DNA of 64,000 nt, from positions 11,718,001-11,782,000 of the forward strand of contig OX597816.1 in assembly GCA_951406725.2 (NCBI GenBank). The letters run 5' to 3'. Under the pieces are notes generated by a model. The model was given only the letters and a program-made list of their open reading frames with translations, was not told the DNA's origin and made no database searches. This stretch comes from Octopus vulgaris (lineage: Eukaryota). A program made the translations under genes and the position numbers. Below are positions 26,066 to 39,103 of this stretch, in pieces (the first letter of the stretch is position 1; the number at the start of each line of letters is the position of its first letter).

Positions 26066-26242
26066 AACAACATTGAAAAATACTTTAGGAATGAGAACTC
26101 AAGTTCGAAATTTCCTCAAGACATCTGATGAAGGCTGGAGGGTATATCAACCGAAACGTTGTGTTAACAACAAACAAGATGAGGACAAATATCCGTCAAA
26201 TGTAAACAATGTACATAATTCCTCATCTCTTAAATATAGAAC
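25789..26242 (+). mobile_element. tRNA-head + hammerhead element (25960-26242 +) preceded by an inverted partial copy (25789-25958 -)
   Basis: A box TGGCATGGTGGTTAAG, anticodon-like arm GCGGG-CTACTAA-CCC, B-box-like GAGTTCAGTTCC, an (AAT)n linker and a hammerhead at 26119-26165. The left ~170 bp is the reverse complement of 26050-26215. Confidence 0.85.
26119..26165 (+). ncRNA. Minimal type-I hammerhead ribozyme
   Basis: GACAT-CTGATGA-A-GGCTG..CAACC-GAA-ACGT-T-GTGTT. Intact CUGAUGA/GAAA core, stem I, stem II (one mismatch), palindromic ACGU stem III, GUU cleavage triplet. Confidence 0.8.
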
Positions 26243-27290
26243 AGATTTCATGGTAAGATGGTTTGACATCTATTTTTAGCATACAAGGTATCCACATAGT
26301 GGTCTCTCCTATTGTTTATATTTAAATAAATGATGGTCTTTGGACATTTTGTAAGTATGCTGACCTCTGGTTGAAATTGATATTATTTAATGATATTAAT
26401 TTCTGCTCTTATAATTAAATAAATAATGGATAAATACAAAATACAATACTAAAAGAAAATTGGAAAGAGTACCAATACTATTTTTCCATTTCTACTAATC
26501 AATGGAAATGAAAAATTAAAAACAATAAAAAATACATACAATAAGAAAAATAATATATAATTTTTTTCTATTTAATTAAATGCAAACAGGCCAAAAGCAA
26601 CAAGTGTTTTGCATAAGGTTTGCAAAATTGATGAGTTTAGAAATGACAATTAATTAGTTGCTGTGCAATGGCATTGAAGGATGGTGTGTTAACGAGGAAG
26701 TTGAAATTGCATGGATAGTTGGGTTACAATGAATTTCTACTATAAGTATATGTACATACATTCATATATACACTAATATATATATATATATACATACATG
26801 AGTGTGTGTGTGTTCGTGTGTGCATGTGTTTGTGTGTGTAAGCAAATATATATATATATATTCATATATACGCTTATTATATATATATATACATGAGTGT
26901 GTGTATGTTTGTGTTTGTGTGTGTAAGTATATATATATATACACACACTCAAGCATACGTGCACATGTAGATATATGCTTAAATGCATATATGTGTATGT
27001 ACAAGCATATATATACATATACAGACATATATATCATGCATACATTATATATAATACATTATACTTATTATATATACATGTATGTGTATGTATACATGTG
27101 CATGATCATTTGTATGTATATGTGTTTAAGGATGCATAAGGGTGTATGTTTGCATGCATTCATGTGTGTATAAATACATATGTGTGAATAAGTATATATA
27201 TATATGACCAATCTTTGGTCGAAACATATCTAAGTTTATCTAAGTTTACACACACACACACACACATATATATATGTATATATATATATG

Positions 27291-27588
27291 TGGAGGTGCA
27301 CTGGCTCAGTGGTTAGGGCAGCAGACTCGCGGTCGTAGGATCGTGGTTTCGATTCCCAGACTGGACGTTTTGAGTGTTTATTGAGCAAAAACGCCTAAAA
27401 GCTCCACAAGGCTCCGTCAGGGGGTGGTGATCCCTGCTGTACTCTTTCACCACTCTTTCTCCCACTCTTTCTTCTGTTGGCCTGCTCACTTAGCCAGCAG
27501 GGTGGTGTCATTTGAAGGCTAAAACAATGCGAACGCATTGTGACCAGCGATGTGTAACTACATCTGATGGACTGGTCGGTCACATGAT

Positions 27589-27596
<8 letters not shown>
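27291..27596 (+). mobile_element. SINE family C
   Basis: Matches 22190-22492; ends in GATCACGTGA before (TA)n. Confidence 0.88.
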
Positions 27597-27646
<50 letters not shown>

Positions 27647-27702
27647 GCATATCAGTGTATTCATATGTAAACTAAACACACACACACACATATATATGTA
27701 TA

Positions 27703-27751
<49 letters not shown>

Positions 27752-27827
27752 GCATATCAGTGTATTCATATGTAAACTAAACACACACACACACATATAT
27801 ATATGTATATATATGTATATATATGTA

Positions 27828-28396
27828 TCATCATCATCATCATCATCGTTTAACGTCCGCTTTCCATGCTAGCATGGGTTGGACGGTTCAACTGGGGTCT
27901 GGGGAGCCCGAAGGCTGCACCAGGCCAGTCAGATCTGGCAGTGTTTCTACAGCTGGATGCCCTTCCTAACCCCAACCACTCCGAGAGTGTAGTGGGTGAT
28001 TTTATGTGCCGCCGACACAGGTGCCAGACGAGGCTGGCGAACGGCCACGCTCGGATGGTGTTTTTATGTGCCACCGACACAGGTGCCAGACGAGGCTGGC
28101 AGACGGCCACGCTCGGATGGTGTTTTTATGTGCCACCGACACAGGTGCTAGACGAGGCTGGCAGACGGCCACGCTCGGATGGTGTTTTTATGTGCCACCG
28201 ACACAGGTGCCAGACGAGGCAGGCAGACGGCCACGCTCGGATGGTGTTTTTATGTGCCACCGACACAGGTGCCAGACGAGGCTGGCAGACGGCCACGCTC
28301 GGACGGTGTTTGTTACGTGCCCACAGCACGGAGGCCAGTCGATGCGGTACTGGCTACGGTCCCGTTCAGATGGTTTTCTTATGTGCCACCGGCACA
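27828..28396 (-). mobile_element. SINE family D with an expanded array of ~61-bp internal repeats (about 5 copies, 27998-28310)
   Basis: Unit TTTTATGTGCCACCGACACAGGTGCCAGACGAGGCTGGCAGACGGCCACGCTCGGATGGTG, nearly identical between copies. Confidence 0.9.
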
Positions 28397-28467
28397 TGTA
28401 TATATATATAAATGCATATATATAAATGCATATCAGTGTATTCATATTTAAACTAAGCACACACACA

Positions 28468-28532
<65 letters not shown>

Positions 28533-28838
28533 ATGCACATCAGTGTATTCATATGTAAACTAAACACACACACACACACCCACATGCACACGCACACACA
28601 TATACAGAGAAAGACTTCAATAATTAGATGAAAAATATTAGAATACTTGAACTAATGTATGTTCTGTGTTTTTTTGTTTTTTTGTATCGTTTCCCCATCA
28701 TTATTAAATTTGATTTGAATATAATAGAGAAGGAGTAAATTAAAATTTGATTACAATAAATTTTAATTACTTTTTGATTTCAATTGAAGATTTGGAAAAA
28801 TTGCAACACAAACAAAAACAAAAATTAAGAAAATTATC

Positions 28839-29690
28839 ATTATCCTCCTCCTCACCATCATCGGTTGTCATCGTTATCATCATCTTCATCATCATCATCA
28901 TCATCCTCATCATTATTATCCTCCTCCTCACCATCATCGGTTGTCATCGTTATCATCATCTTCATCATCATCATCATCATCCTCATCATTATTATCCTCC
29001 TCCTCACCATCATCGGTTGTCATCGTTATCATCATCTTCATCATCATCATCATCATCCTCATCATTATTATCCTCCTCCTCACCATCATCGGTTGTCATC
29101 GTTATCATCATCTTCATCATCATCATCATCATCCTCATCATTATTATCCTCCTCCTCACCATCATCGGTTGTCATCGTTATCATCATCTTCATCATCATC
29201 ATCATCATCCTCATCATTATTATCCTCCTCCTCACCATCATCGGTTGTCATCGTTATCATCATCTTCATCATCATCATCATCATCCTCATCATTATTATC
29301 CTCCTCCTCACCATCATCGGTTGTCATCGTTATCATCATCTTCATCATCATCATCATCATCCTCATCATTATTATCCTCCTCCTCACCATCATCGGTTGT
29401 CATCGTTATCATCATCTTCATCATCATCATCATCATCCTCATCATTATTATCCTCCTCCTCACCATCATCGGTTGTCATCGTTATCATCATCTTCATCAT
29501 CATCATCATCATCCTCATCATTATTATCCTCCTCCTCACCATCATCGGTTGTCATCGTTATCATCATCTTCATCATCATCATCATCATCCTCATCATTAT
29601 TATCCTCCTCCTCACCATCATCGGTTGTCATCGTTATCATCATCTTCATCATCATCATCATCATCCTCATCATTATTATCCTCCTCTTCA
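28839..29690. repeat. Homogeneous 76-bp minisatellite, about 11 copies, derived from (CAT)n
   Basis: Unit ATTATCCTCCTCCTCACCATCATCGGTTGTCATCGTTATCATCATCTTCATCATCATCATCATCATCCTCATCATT, essentially invariant; a diverged CAT-rich tract continues to 30080. Confidence 0.95.
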
Positions 29691-29753
29691 CCATAGTTGT
29701 CACCATCATCATGATCATGATCATGATCCTTATCCTTCTCCTCACCATCATTG

Positions 29754-29790
<37 letters not shown>

Positions 29791-30940
29791 CGCCATCATT
29801 GTTGTCACTGTCATCATCATCATCATCCTCGTCATCATCCTTATCCTTCTCCTCACCATTGTTGTCATCGTCATCATCATCATCCTCCTCGCCATCATCA
29901 TTGTCATCGTCATCATCATCATCCGTATTCTCCTCTTTACCATCGTTGTTGTCATCGTCATCATCATTATCATCCTCCTCACCATCATTGTTGTCGTCAT
30001 CATCATCATCCTCAACATCATCATTATCCTTCTCCTCACCATCGTCGACAACCATCATTGTCATCGTCATCATCATCATTTAATGTCCATTTTCTCTCTC
30101 TTACGGTTTCTCTCCCTCTCTTTCAGTCTCTTTTCTCTGTTCTCCCTAGACACATCCTTTATCTCTCCTCATCCTTTCACTCCAAAACATATACAGACTT
30201 TCTCTCTTTCTTTTTCTCACTCACTTTCCGTCCCTCTTTCTTTCTTTCTTTCTTTCTCCCCTCCCCTCTCTCTCCCTCTTCCTTCTCTCTTTCCTCTTCC
30301 TCTTTCCCAAATTTCATGATGCAGTTGATGAACTGTCACAACATTCTGCTCAGAAAGCACCTCTTTTATCTGCAGTCATTGCTCTCCACATTCCCTCTCT
30401 CCCTCTCTCTCTCTCTCCCTCCACTCCACTCCAAACTTTCACTCCAACAGATCTGAGTGGAATTCATAATGAGAAGCAGATAAGTTGTTGAGAAAATCAT
30501 TCAATAATTTAATAATTACTCAAAAATGTCAGCTATGTCATATGTCTTCATGCTAAGGTCATAGATAATTCATTCAATATTCGAGGCATATTTAAAGGAA
30601 GGAGGGCAATGGCGATATATATATATATATATATATATATATCTAGATCTATCAATATGTGTGTGTACATGTATATATATATATACACACACATATATAT
30701 ACACATATATACATAAATATATGTACACACATATATGTGTCTGTATATATATATATGTGTATGTGTGTGTATATATATATATATACATGTATATGTGTGT
30801 GTATATATATGTATATGTGTGTGTATATATATATACATGTATATGTGTGTGTGTGTATATATATATACACATATATATATATATACACACACACATAATA
30901 TATACATAAATATATACACATGCACACACGTGTGTATTTG

Positions 30941-30972
<32 letters not shown>

Positions 30973-31057
30973 TTTACAATATCAGACCGATTTCAGGGTT
31001 AGTTTGTAAGAACCTTCCCTTTGCACGTGTCTCTAATGGTCTGGAGAATTTCTATTT

Positions 31058-31105
<48 letters not shown>

Positions 31106-31525
31106 GGGAGAAAGTGCTAATACATGATCTAAGTTATATGATGGATAAAAAATGTAATATACAAATAAGTATCTGTAAATATAAACCATCCGATTTTCTG
31201 AGTACCCCATTTCTTCTAATATATATGTATATATATATATATACAGACACACACACACACGTGTGTTTGTTGGGGTGTGTTTATGTTGGTATCTGTCCCT
31301 CCGCCACTGCTTGACAACCGGTGTTAGTGTGTTTACGTTCCCACAACAAGCAGTTCTATTCAGGATGTTATCAAAAGTTAGTTTTAGGGTTGATCCATTC
31401 TGAAACAAGTAACACACACACACACACACACACAAACACATGTGGCAAATAAGAAAATGGGGAGGATACAAAAATGACACAGATCAGCTGATAGACATTC
31501 TAGTCTGCCTATTTATTCCAATGTA

Positions 31526-31923
31526 TTACTCTCTTTACTCTTTTATTTGTTTCAGTCATTTGACTGCGGCCATGCTGGAGCACCGCCTTTTAGTCGAGCA
31601 AATCGACCCCCAGGACTTATTCTTTGTAAGCCTAGTACTTATTCTATCGGTCTCTTTTGCCGAACCGCTAAGTTATGGGGACATAAACGCAACAGCATTG
31701 GTTGTCAAGCGATGTTGGGTGGGGGGACAAACACACACATACATACATATATATATATATATATAAGATAAGAGAAAAAAATCTATCAGAAAGGAACTCT
31801 ATCTCTCTTAAAAAAATATCTTTTGATAAGCATAACAAATGCGCAACCGGTAAAAAGAACTTTCACCTAATTAAATACACTCTCCCTTACTTAAATTATT
31901 TTGTCAGCATTTTCTTCATTTCC

Positions 31924-31971
<48 letters not shown>

Positions 31972-32136
31972 CGACAGGCTTCTTTCAGTTTCCGTTTACC
32001 AAATCCACTCACAAGGCTTTGGTCGGCCTGAGGCTATAGTAGAAGGCACTTGCCCAAGTTGCCACACAGTGGGACTGAACCCGGAACCATGTGGTTGGTA
32101 AGCAAGCTACTTACCACACAGCCACTCCTGCACCTA
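31526..32136 (-). mobile_element. Family-B SINE with a ~165-bp foreign insert (31765-31930) in its (TA)n linker
   Basis: Tail at 31526-31745 and head at 31965-32136; the insert is bounded by (TA)n on both sides. Confidence 0.8.
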
Positions 32137-32198
32137 ATATTAGAAAATATTACAAGAATACATGCACATATAAGAGCAAAAGATCAGACTGTCGGAAG

Positions 32199-32244
<46 letters not shown>

Positions 32245-32775
32245 GAGTGGTTTACACGTGGTAGCTTACTGTTAAAGCACCATCACTTTCACAATGATCG
32301 TTAGGTATACAGCGAATGAAAGAAAGTCATGGGAACTGTGCCGTTTTGTGACTTTGTAGGCATGCCCACATGTGTTAGACACAGGGAATTCAAAAAGATG
32401 CTCAAGGTGGTTGTGGGCACGATGGTTAAACATTTTGTGGGTGTTTACCGAGTCAGTTGCCAGACATCAGAGCTTCAGGGAAAAAGAAACTGTTAACCAT
32501 TATAATATGCAAATTATGATATGCAAATTATGATATGCAAATTATAATATGCAAATTAATAGCTCCAGGTTTGTATAGCAAATAGTATCGTTGAGAACAT
32601 AAATGGATTGGCTGTTTGATTCTTTAGGACTGAACAAATTATTGTAAATACCTCTGATGAAAATCCAATAAAATTAGAAAACTGATTAAGGTTGCCCATC
32701 AGTTTTCCAATCCATGGAGAAACTGCTAAATTAGCCATTTTTATATATCTACAATACTATGCAGGTTCCACACAC

Positions 32776-33700
32776 ATCATCATTTAACATCCGTTGTCAG
32801 CCAATTTGACCTGGGCTGGTAAGCTGGAAGGCTGCACCAGACTCCAGTATTATTTGGTGTGGTTTTGTATGGCCATATGCCCTTCCTAACACCAACTACT
32901 CCAAGAGTGTAATGGGTGCTTTTACAAACCACTGGCACAGGTGCCATTTGCGTGATGCACATATCTGCCACAACTGCCACACATAGGTGCAGGAGTGGCT
33001 GTGTGGTAAGTAGCTTGCTAACCAGCCACATGGTTCTGGGTTCAGTCCCACTACGTGGCATCTTGGGCAAGTGTCTTCTGCTATAGCCTCAGGCCAACCA
33101 ACCAAAGCCTTATGAGTGGATTTGGTAGATGGAAACTGAAAGAAGCCTGTCGTATATATGTATATATATATATATAAGTGTGTGTGTATATGTTTGTGTG
33201 TCTGCGTTAGTCCCTCTAGCATTACTTGACAACCGATGCTGGTGTGTTTACGTCCCCGTAACTTAGCGGTTTGGCAAAAGAGACCGATAGAATAAGTACT
33301 GGGCTTACAAAGAATAAGTGCCGGGGTCGATTTGCTTGACTAAAGGTGGTGCTCCAGCATGGCCGCAGTCAAATGACTGAAACAAGTAAAAGAGAAAAAG
33401 AGAGAGAGAGTAACTGTGATTTTGCTAAGCTTGATGGGTCTTCTCAAGTACAACATAATGCCAAAGAATTTAGTCATTGTCTCCGTGAGGCCCAAAACCT
33501 GAAAATAATTCAGCCACTTTGCCTCTGTGAGGCCCAACACTTGAAAGGAACTCAGCCACTTTGCCTCTGTGAGGCCCACTGCTCAAAAGGCATTCAGCCA
33601 TCTTGCCTCAACGAGGCCCAATGTTTGAGAGGAACTCAGCCACTTTGCCTTGATGAGGCCCAACGCTCAAAAGAAACTCAGCCACTTTGCCTCCAAGACG
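32776..33700. mobile_element. Long family-D element (-) with a nested family-B SINE (32985-33410 +) and ~5 x 42-bp tandem repeats (33470-33700)
   Basis: D sequence resumes after the B tail (compare 25560). The repeat unit is GAAAGGAACTCAGCCACTTTGCCTCTGTGAGGCCCAACACTT. Confidence 0.8.
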
Positions 33701-34665
33701 CACATACACACACATATAAATATATGATCAGCTACTTTCAGTTTCCATCTACCAAATCCACCTGGGGCTAATATAGAAGACACTTGCCCAGGTGCCATAC
33801 AGAAGGACTTACTCAAAAGCAAACGATCTACCTACATTACATATATATATAGAGAGAGATAAACATATTCATATACATACATTATGTATGTATACACGAG
33901 CAACATATATTTACATATTAAAATTCTGCAAAAGTGCAAATCTTGAACCAAACAAAAGACTTCATGCCAGACATATTTAACAGGAACCTTTTTCAATAAC
34001 TTGGCCATTTAAACACTCAGCCTATTTTTTATACATATATAGTTATTAATTTATTGATGTTTTCATGCAGTTCTTTGGTCTTGAATAAAGGAAGTGAAAT
34101 GGTGCCTGAAAAATGGTATTCAGAAGGAAATTCTGTATTGAATATGAAGAATAAGAGTGAAGAATGAGTGAGTATATATTCAAAAGAGATACATACACAC
34201 ACATATATATATATATATGTATGTGGTTATGTGTGCGTGTGTGTGTGTGTGTGTTTGTACATATGTATGTGTATGTATGTATGTATACATATATGTATAT
34301 AAATAGACACATATACATACATGCACAGACTCAAAGAAATACACACACACACACATATACATATGCTTATGGAAGATTTCAAGGGTATATACATTAATGT
34401 ATTATATATGTATACATGTATATATGTATACATGTGTACATGTATACATATATATATATGTGTGTGTATATATATATATTTTTATACTTATATATATATG
34501 CATATTTGCACATATATGTAAGCATCTATATATATATATGCATACGTATAGTTACATAACCATATATTTATATATATATATACACATGTATATAAATATA
34601 TATATACATACATATATAGATATATATCATCTTCATCATCATCATCATCGTAGAATAGACGTTAA

Positions 34666-34703
<38 letters not shown>

Positions 34704-34778
34704 ATATCTCTATATATGTAAGTATATATATATTTATATACATGTGTATACACACACACAAGCATATATACCCATGTG

Positions 34779-34818
<40 letters not shown>

Positions 34819-35153
34819 ATTAATAGTAATTTTTATTAACTTTTATAGCTTTAGAATTTTATGAACTGAACCATGGTTTTAATTATTATTTTTCATCTCC
34901 CTATGTGTTAGGTTTTAAAAAATATTAGCCAAATATGTATAATATCGGTACTTATTAATATTAATATATACACTGATATATATTTTGTTTTATTTTGTTC
35001 TGTTTACCTTCCTTTATTGTACCAATGTGTATTATATTATATAAGTGTAGCATTATGATGTATAAGTTTTTATATTTTACATTTTTATATTTTTATATTT
35101 ATATGTATATGATTATATAATATTTTCACAATTATAACAAATTTAATTTAATT

Positions 35154-35261
35154 CTCTGAAGAGGCCGTGGGGCATCCTTGTTAATGCCTCATTTATACCT
35201 GCCTTTATGGCTTATAGGTTAAATGAGGTATGACTGCCCTCACTGCCGAAACAGCTGTCAG
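35154..35261 (+). ncRNA. Type-I hammerhead motif with an ~85-nt extended stem II, in an AT-rich PLE-like terminal repeat (~34850-35625)
   Basis: CTGAAGA-GGC[..GGGCA..ATGCCTCATTTA.ACCT..AGGT.TAAATGAGGTAT..TGCCC..]GCC-GAA-ACAGCTGT-C. Canonical core and GUC site; stem I is only ~2 bp. Confidence 0.7.
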
Positions 35262-35939
35262 TTTTGATTAATTGCATTTATATTTGAAATTTTTTACTTA
35301 TATCTCTTTATCTTTTTACTATTAATGTATATCTCTTTTTGTATAATGCCTCTACTCATATGTAATGGTGTATTAAAGTATTGATTGGGTATCATCGGAT
35401 AGTTGATGTTTTATTGATTTAAGTATGTTTCTCCATTCTCTAATTTTGTAGTATTAATTTACGGTAATATTATTACCTTTACCCATATAATACATTTGAT
35501 GAACTGATTGTTTGACAATTTTTAACATCTATGTATTAATCTTGTTGGGTACCTATCTGGCAGTATATTGGATATATATTATCCCATGGTGGGTTGAATT
35601 TTCAACCCCTATCTCATTTTATAACCATATATATATGTATATATGTATGTATACGCATGTATGAAAGTGTGTGTGTGCATGTCCATATATGGGCGTTAAT
35701 GTGTATGTTTACGAGTCAGTATTTAAAGATACGTATGTGTGGATATTGTCCATACCCCAGGAATGCTTTTTTTTATATTTTTTTACTTTTGGTTTTGTTG
35801 TTAGTATTTTGGTTAATTAAACAGTTTGAAAGTATCAAGTTATGTTTTTTTTTTTATTTTATAAATTATGAAAAATATTCAATATTGAATACATATTTAT
35901 TTCATCGAGACACATTCAGACTACATAAATAATACCAAC

Positions 35940-36246
35940 CTACATACATACATGCACGTATATATAAATATGAATATACATGTATATATATATACATATA
36001 TATGTATGTATATATACATGTATATATATGTGTGTATATATACATGTATATATGTGTGTATATATACATGTATATATGTATATATACATGTATATATGTG
36101 TATATATACATGTATATATGTGTGTATATACATGTATATATGTATGTATATACATGTATATATGTATGTATATACAGGTATATATGTATATATACATGTA
36201 TATATGTGTGTATATATATATGTACATATATATGTGTATGTTTATA

Positions 36247-36302
<56 letters not shown>

Positions 36303-36322
36303 CATATATTGATATAGACATT

Positions 36323-36385
<63 letters not shown>

Positions 36386-36458
36386 TACTCTTTTACTCAT
36401 TTCAGCCATATATATATATATATATATATATAAGAATTTATTTGTGTTTGTGTATATC

Positions 36459-36500
<42 letters not shown>
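35940..36500. repeat. (TA)n/(TACATGTATA)-type/(CA)n microsatellite block
   Basis: Visible simple repeats. Confidence 0.9.
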
Positions 36501-36501
<1 letters not shown>

Positions 36502-37033
36502 CTGCCATAAAATATAAATGAAATTTTTCAGAATTATGGTATATTAACTTTTTCTTGAATTTTTTTCTTGTTATAATTTTGTGAAACTATAAGCTGCTCA
36601 GTCAAAATAAAAACACTACAAAAATACTTATGTCAAGAAAAAAATTATCCTTTTCTAAATTAAATATTTTAAAGGATTTCCTACCTCTCCATTCAATATT
36701 CATTATTTTATTATGTCTACGTATGCTAGCATATGTGGGTGAATGCATACATACATGCGTGTGTGTATAGACGTACACACACACACAGAAGCGTGTATAT
36801 ATGTGTGTGCATATATAAACATATGTACACACTCAGACACACATCATGATTGTGGTCATCGTTTAACGTCTGCCTCCCATGCTATCATCAATGCACAAAC
36901 ACACAAAAGCACATATATATGTGTGTGTGTGTATATAAACATATATACATTCACAGACACACACATACATAAGTGCATAAATGCATGTGTATAAATAAAC
37001 ATTTACACACACACATACACATGTAGGTGTATA

Positions 37034-37388
37034 TCATCATCATCATCATCATCATCGTTTAACATCCGTTCTCCATGCTAGCATGGGTTGGACAGTTCGA
37101 CCGGGGATCTGGGAAGCCAGAAGGCTGCACCAGGCTCCAGTCTGATCTGGCAGTGTTTCTACAGCTGGATGCCCTTCCTAACGCCAACCACTCTGTGAGT
37201 GTAGTGGGTGCTTTTTACGTGCCACTTGCACAGGTGCCAGGCGAGGCTGGCAACGGCCACCATCAGATTGGTACATTTTACGTGCCACCGGCATCGAAGC
37301 CAGTTGAGGCGGCACTGCTATCGGCCACGATTCGGATGGTGCTTTTTACGTGCCACCGGCACGGAAGCCAGTCGAGGCAATGCTGGCA
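37034..37388 (-). mobile_element. SINE family D
   Basis: D consensus with three internal repeat units. Confidence 0.88.
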
Positions 37389-38460
37389 TGTATATATATA
37401 TATATATATATATTTGTAAAAAATGAAGTTCGAAAATGCTGCTATATTATACAATTTTTAATTCTTATATATACATTATAACATGTTTCAGTTCCTGAAA
37501 TGAACCTTATCAAAAAAAGTTATATATAAAAAAAGACAGCTCATGCCGTCAAACACAAGAAATTCATTTATAATACACAACGGCGTCAGACATCTTAGAG
37601 TTCATGTATAGTTGATATATAGTTTGAAGTATATATATATATACACACACACACACACAAACACGTACACAAACACAACAAACAAACACACACACAAAAA
37701 AACACACATGCACAGAAACACACACACAAATAAACACACATGCACACAAACACACACACACATAAGTACGTATGTATGTCATCATCATCATCATCATCAT
37801 AATCATTGTTATCGTTTCATGTCCGCTTTCCATGCTGGTATGGGTTGGATGGTTTGACTGAGGACTGGCAAGCCAGAAGGCTGCACCAGGCTCAATCTGA
37901 TCTGGTGTTTCTTCAATTGGTCCTGGGCTTGAATGTTGCTGCTATTGATGCTGCTGCTGATGTTGGGACAGCTGTCACTGTTGTTGCTACTATTATTACA
38001 GGGTGTGGGTCTGGTGATTTCGTTGTTGCTGGCGTAGTGGTAGTTATCCCTGGCAACAGTGTTGCTGGTGTTGGAGCTGTTGCTGCTGATGTTATATCTA
38101 AGTGCAGTGCCTCTCCCACTTGAGGCACCTACACTGACAACTTGATAGCAGCACTGACATCAGCACTGTGGCCGGAGATGACTGCTACACCGATAAAAGG
38201 AGAAAAATGGACAATAACTCTTCAGTCCGTGTAACATATGTTTCAGTAGCATGGCATTATATTCATTATTCATGCATTATGTCATGCAAAATGCCTTCTA
38301 CATCATTGGGCTGCCAACTGCAATGATGACGAAAGTAGATTTTTGTAATGCATCAATAAGGAATAAAAGGTCATGCATTGTACGGATTGAACTGCTATTG
38401 TACTTCCTTCTCATGTTATTGCCTGTGTGTATATAATATATAAAATATATGTATATATAT

Positions 38461-38540
<80 letters not shown>

Positions 38541-38765
38541 ATATATATATACACATATTTATACACATTCATATACACACACATATTTAATCCTGATTAT
38601 TCCCCAATATATATATATGTATGTACATAATGCCTGAGGATCTGGAAATCTGTGTAATACAATGGAATTTGGTATAACTGCATTAAATAAATTCCCAGTA
38701 AATCAATTGTCACGACCTGAAATGCCATTCATCTGGTATTATACATGCATATATATATATATATG

Positions 38766-38840
<75 letters not shown>

Positions 38841-39045
38841 TGTATGTATGTATGTATGTATGTGTGGGTGTGTGTATGTATGAATATGTGTGTGTGTGTG
38901 AATATATACATGCATGCATATATGTACATATTTACACATATATATATTAGATATGCATATATAAGTAAATAGATAGGTAAATTGATAGATCAATAGCTAG
39001 CTAGTTAAACAATTAGGTAGATAGATAGATAGATAAATAGGTAGG

Positions 39046-39103
<58 letters not shown>

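Noticed and set aside
27998-28310. CRISPR-like regular repeats
   Set aside because: The units are contiguous with no unique spacers, lie inside a SINE, have no cas genes nearby, and the context is eukaryotic.
28747-30456. 569-aa His/Ser/Ile-rich ORF (and the overlapping 484- and 251-aa ORFs)
   Set aside because: Produced by a stop-free 76-bp CAT-derived minisatellite cycling through frames; no domain and no credible start.
33470-33700. 42-bp array as CRISPR or repeat-protein exon
   Set aside because: No spacers; it is an internal repeat of a family-D element also seen at 25630-25695.
37913-38200. Thr/Ala/Pro-rich mucin-like ORF on the minus strand
   Set aside because: Short and low complexity, with no supported splice structure; it may be a retroelement remnant.
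38630-38715. CTGAGGA...CAATTGTC hammerhead-like remnant
   Set aside because: GAAA is missing and there is no stem I; too degenerate to call.
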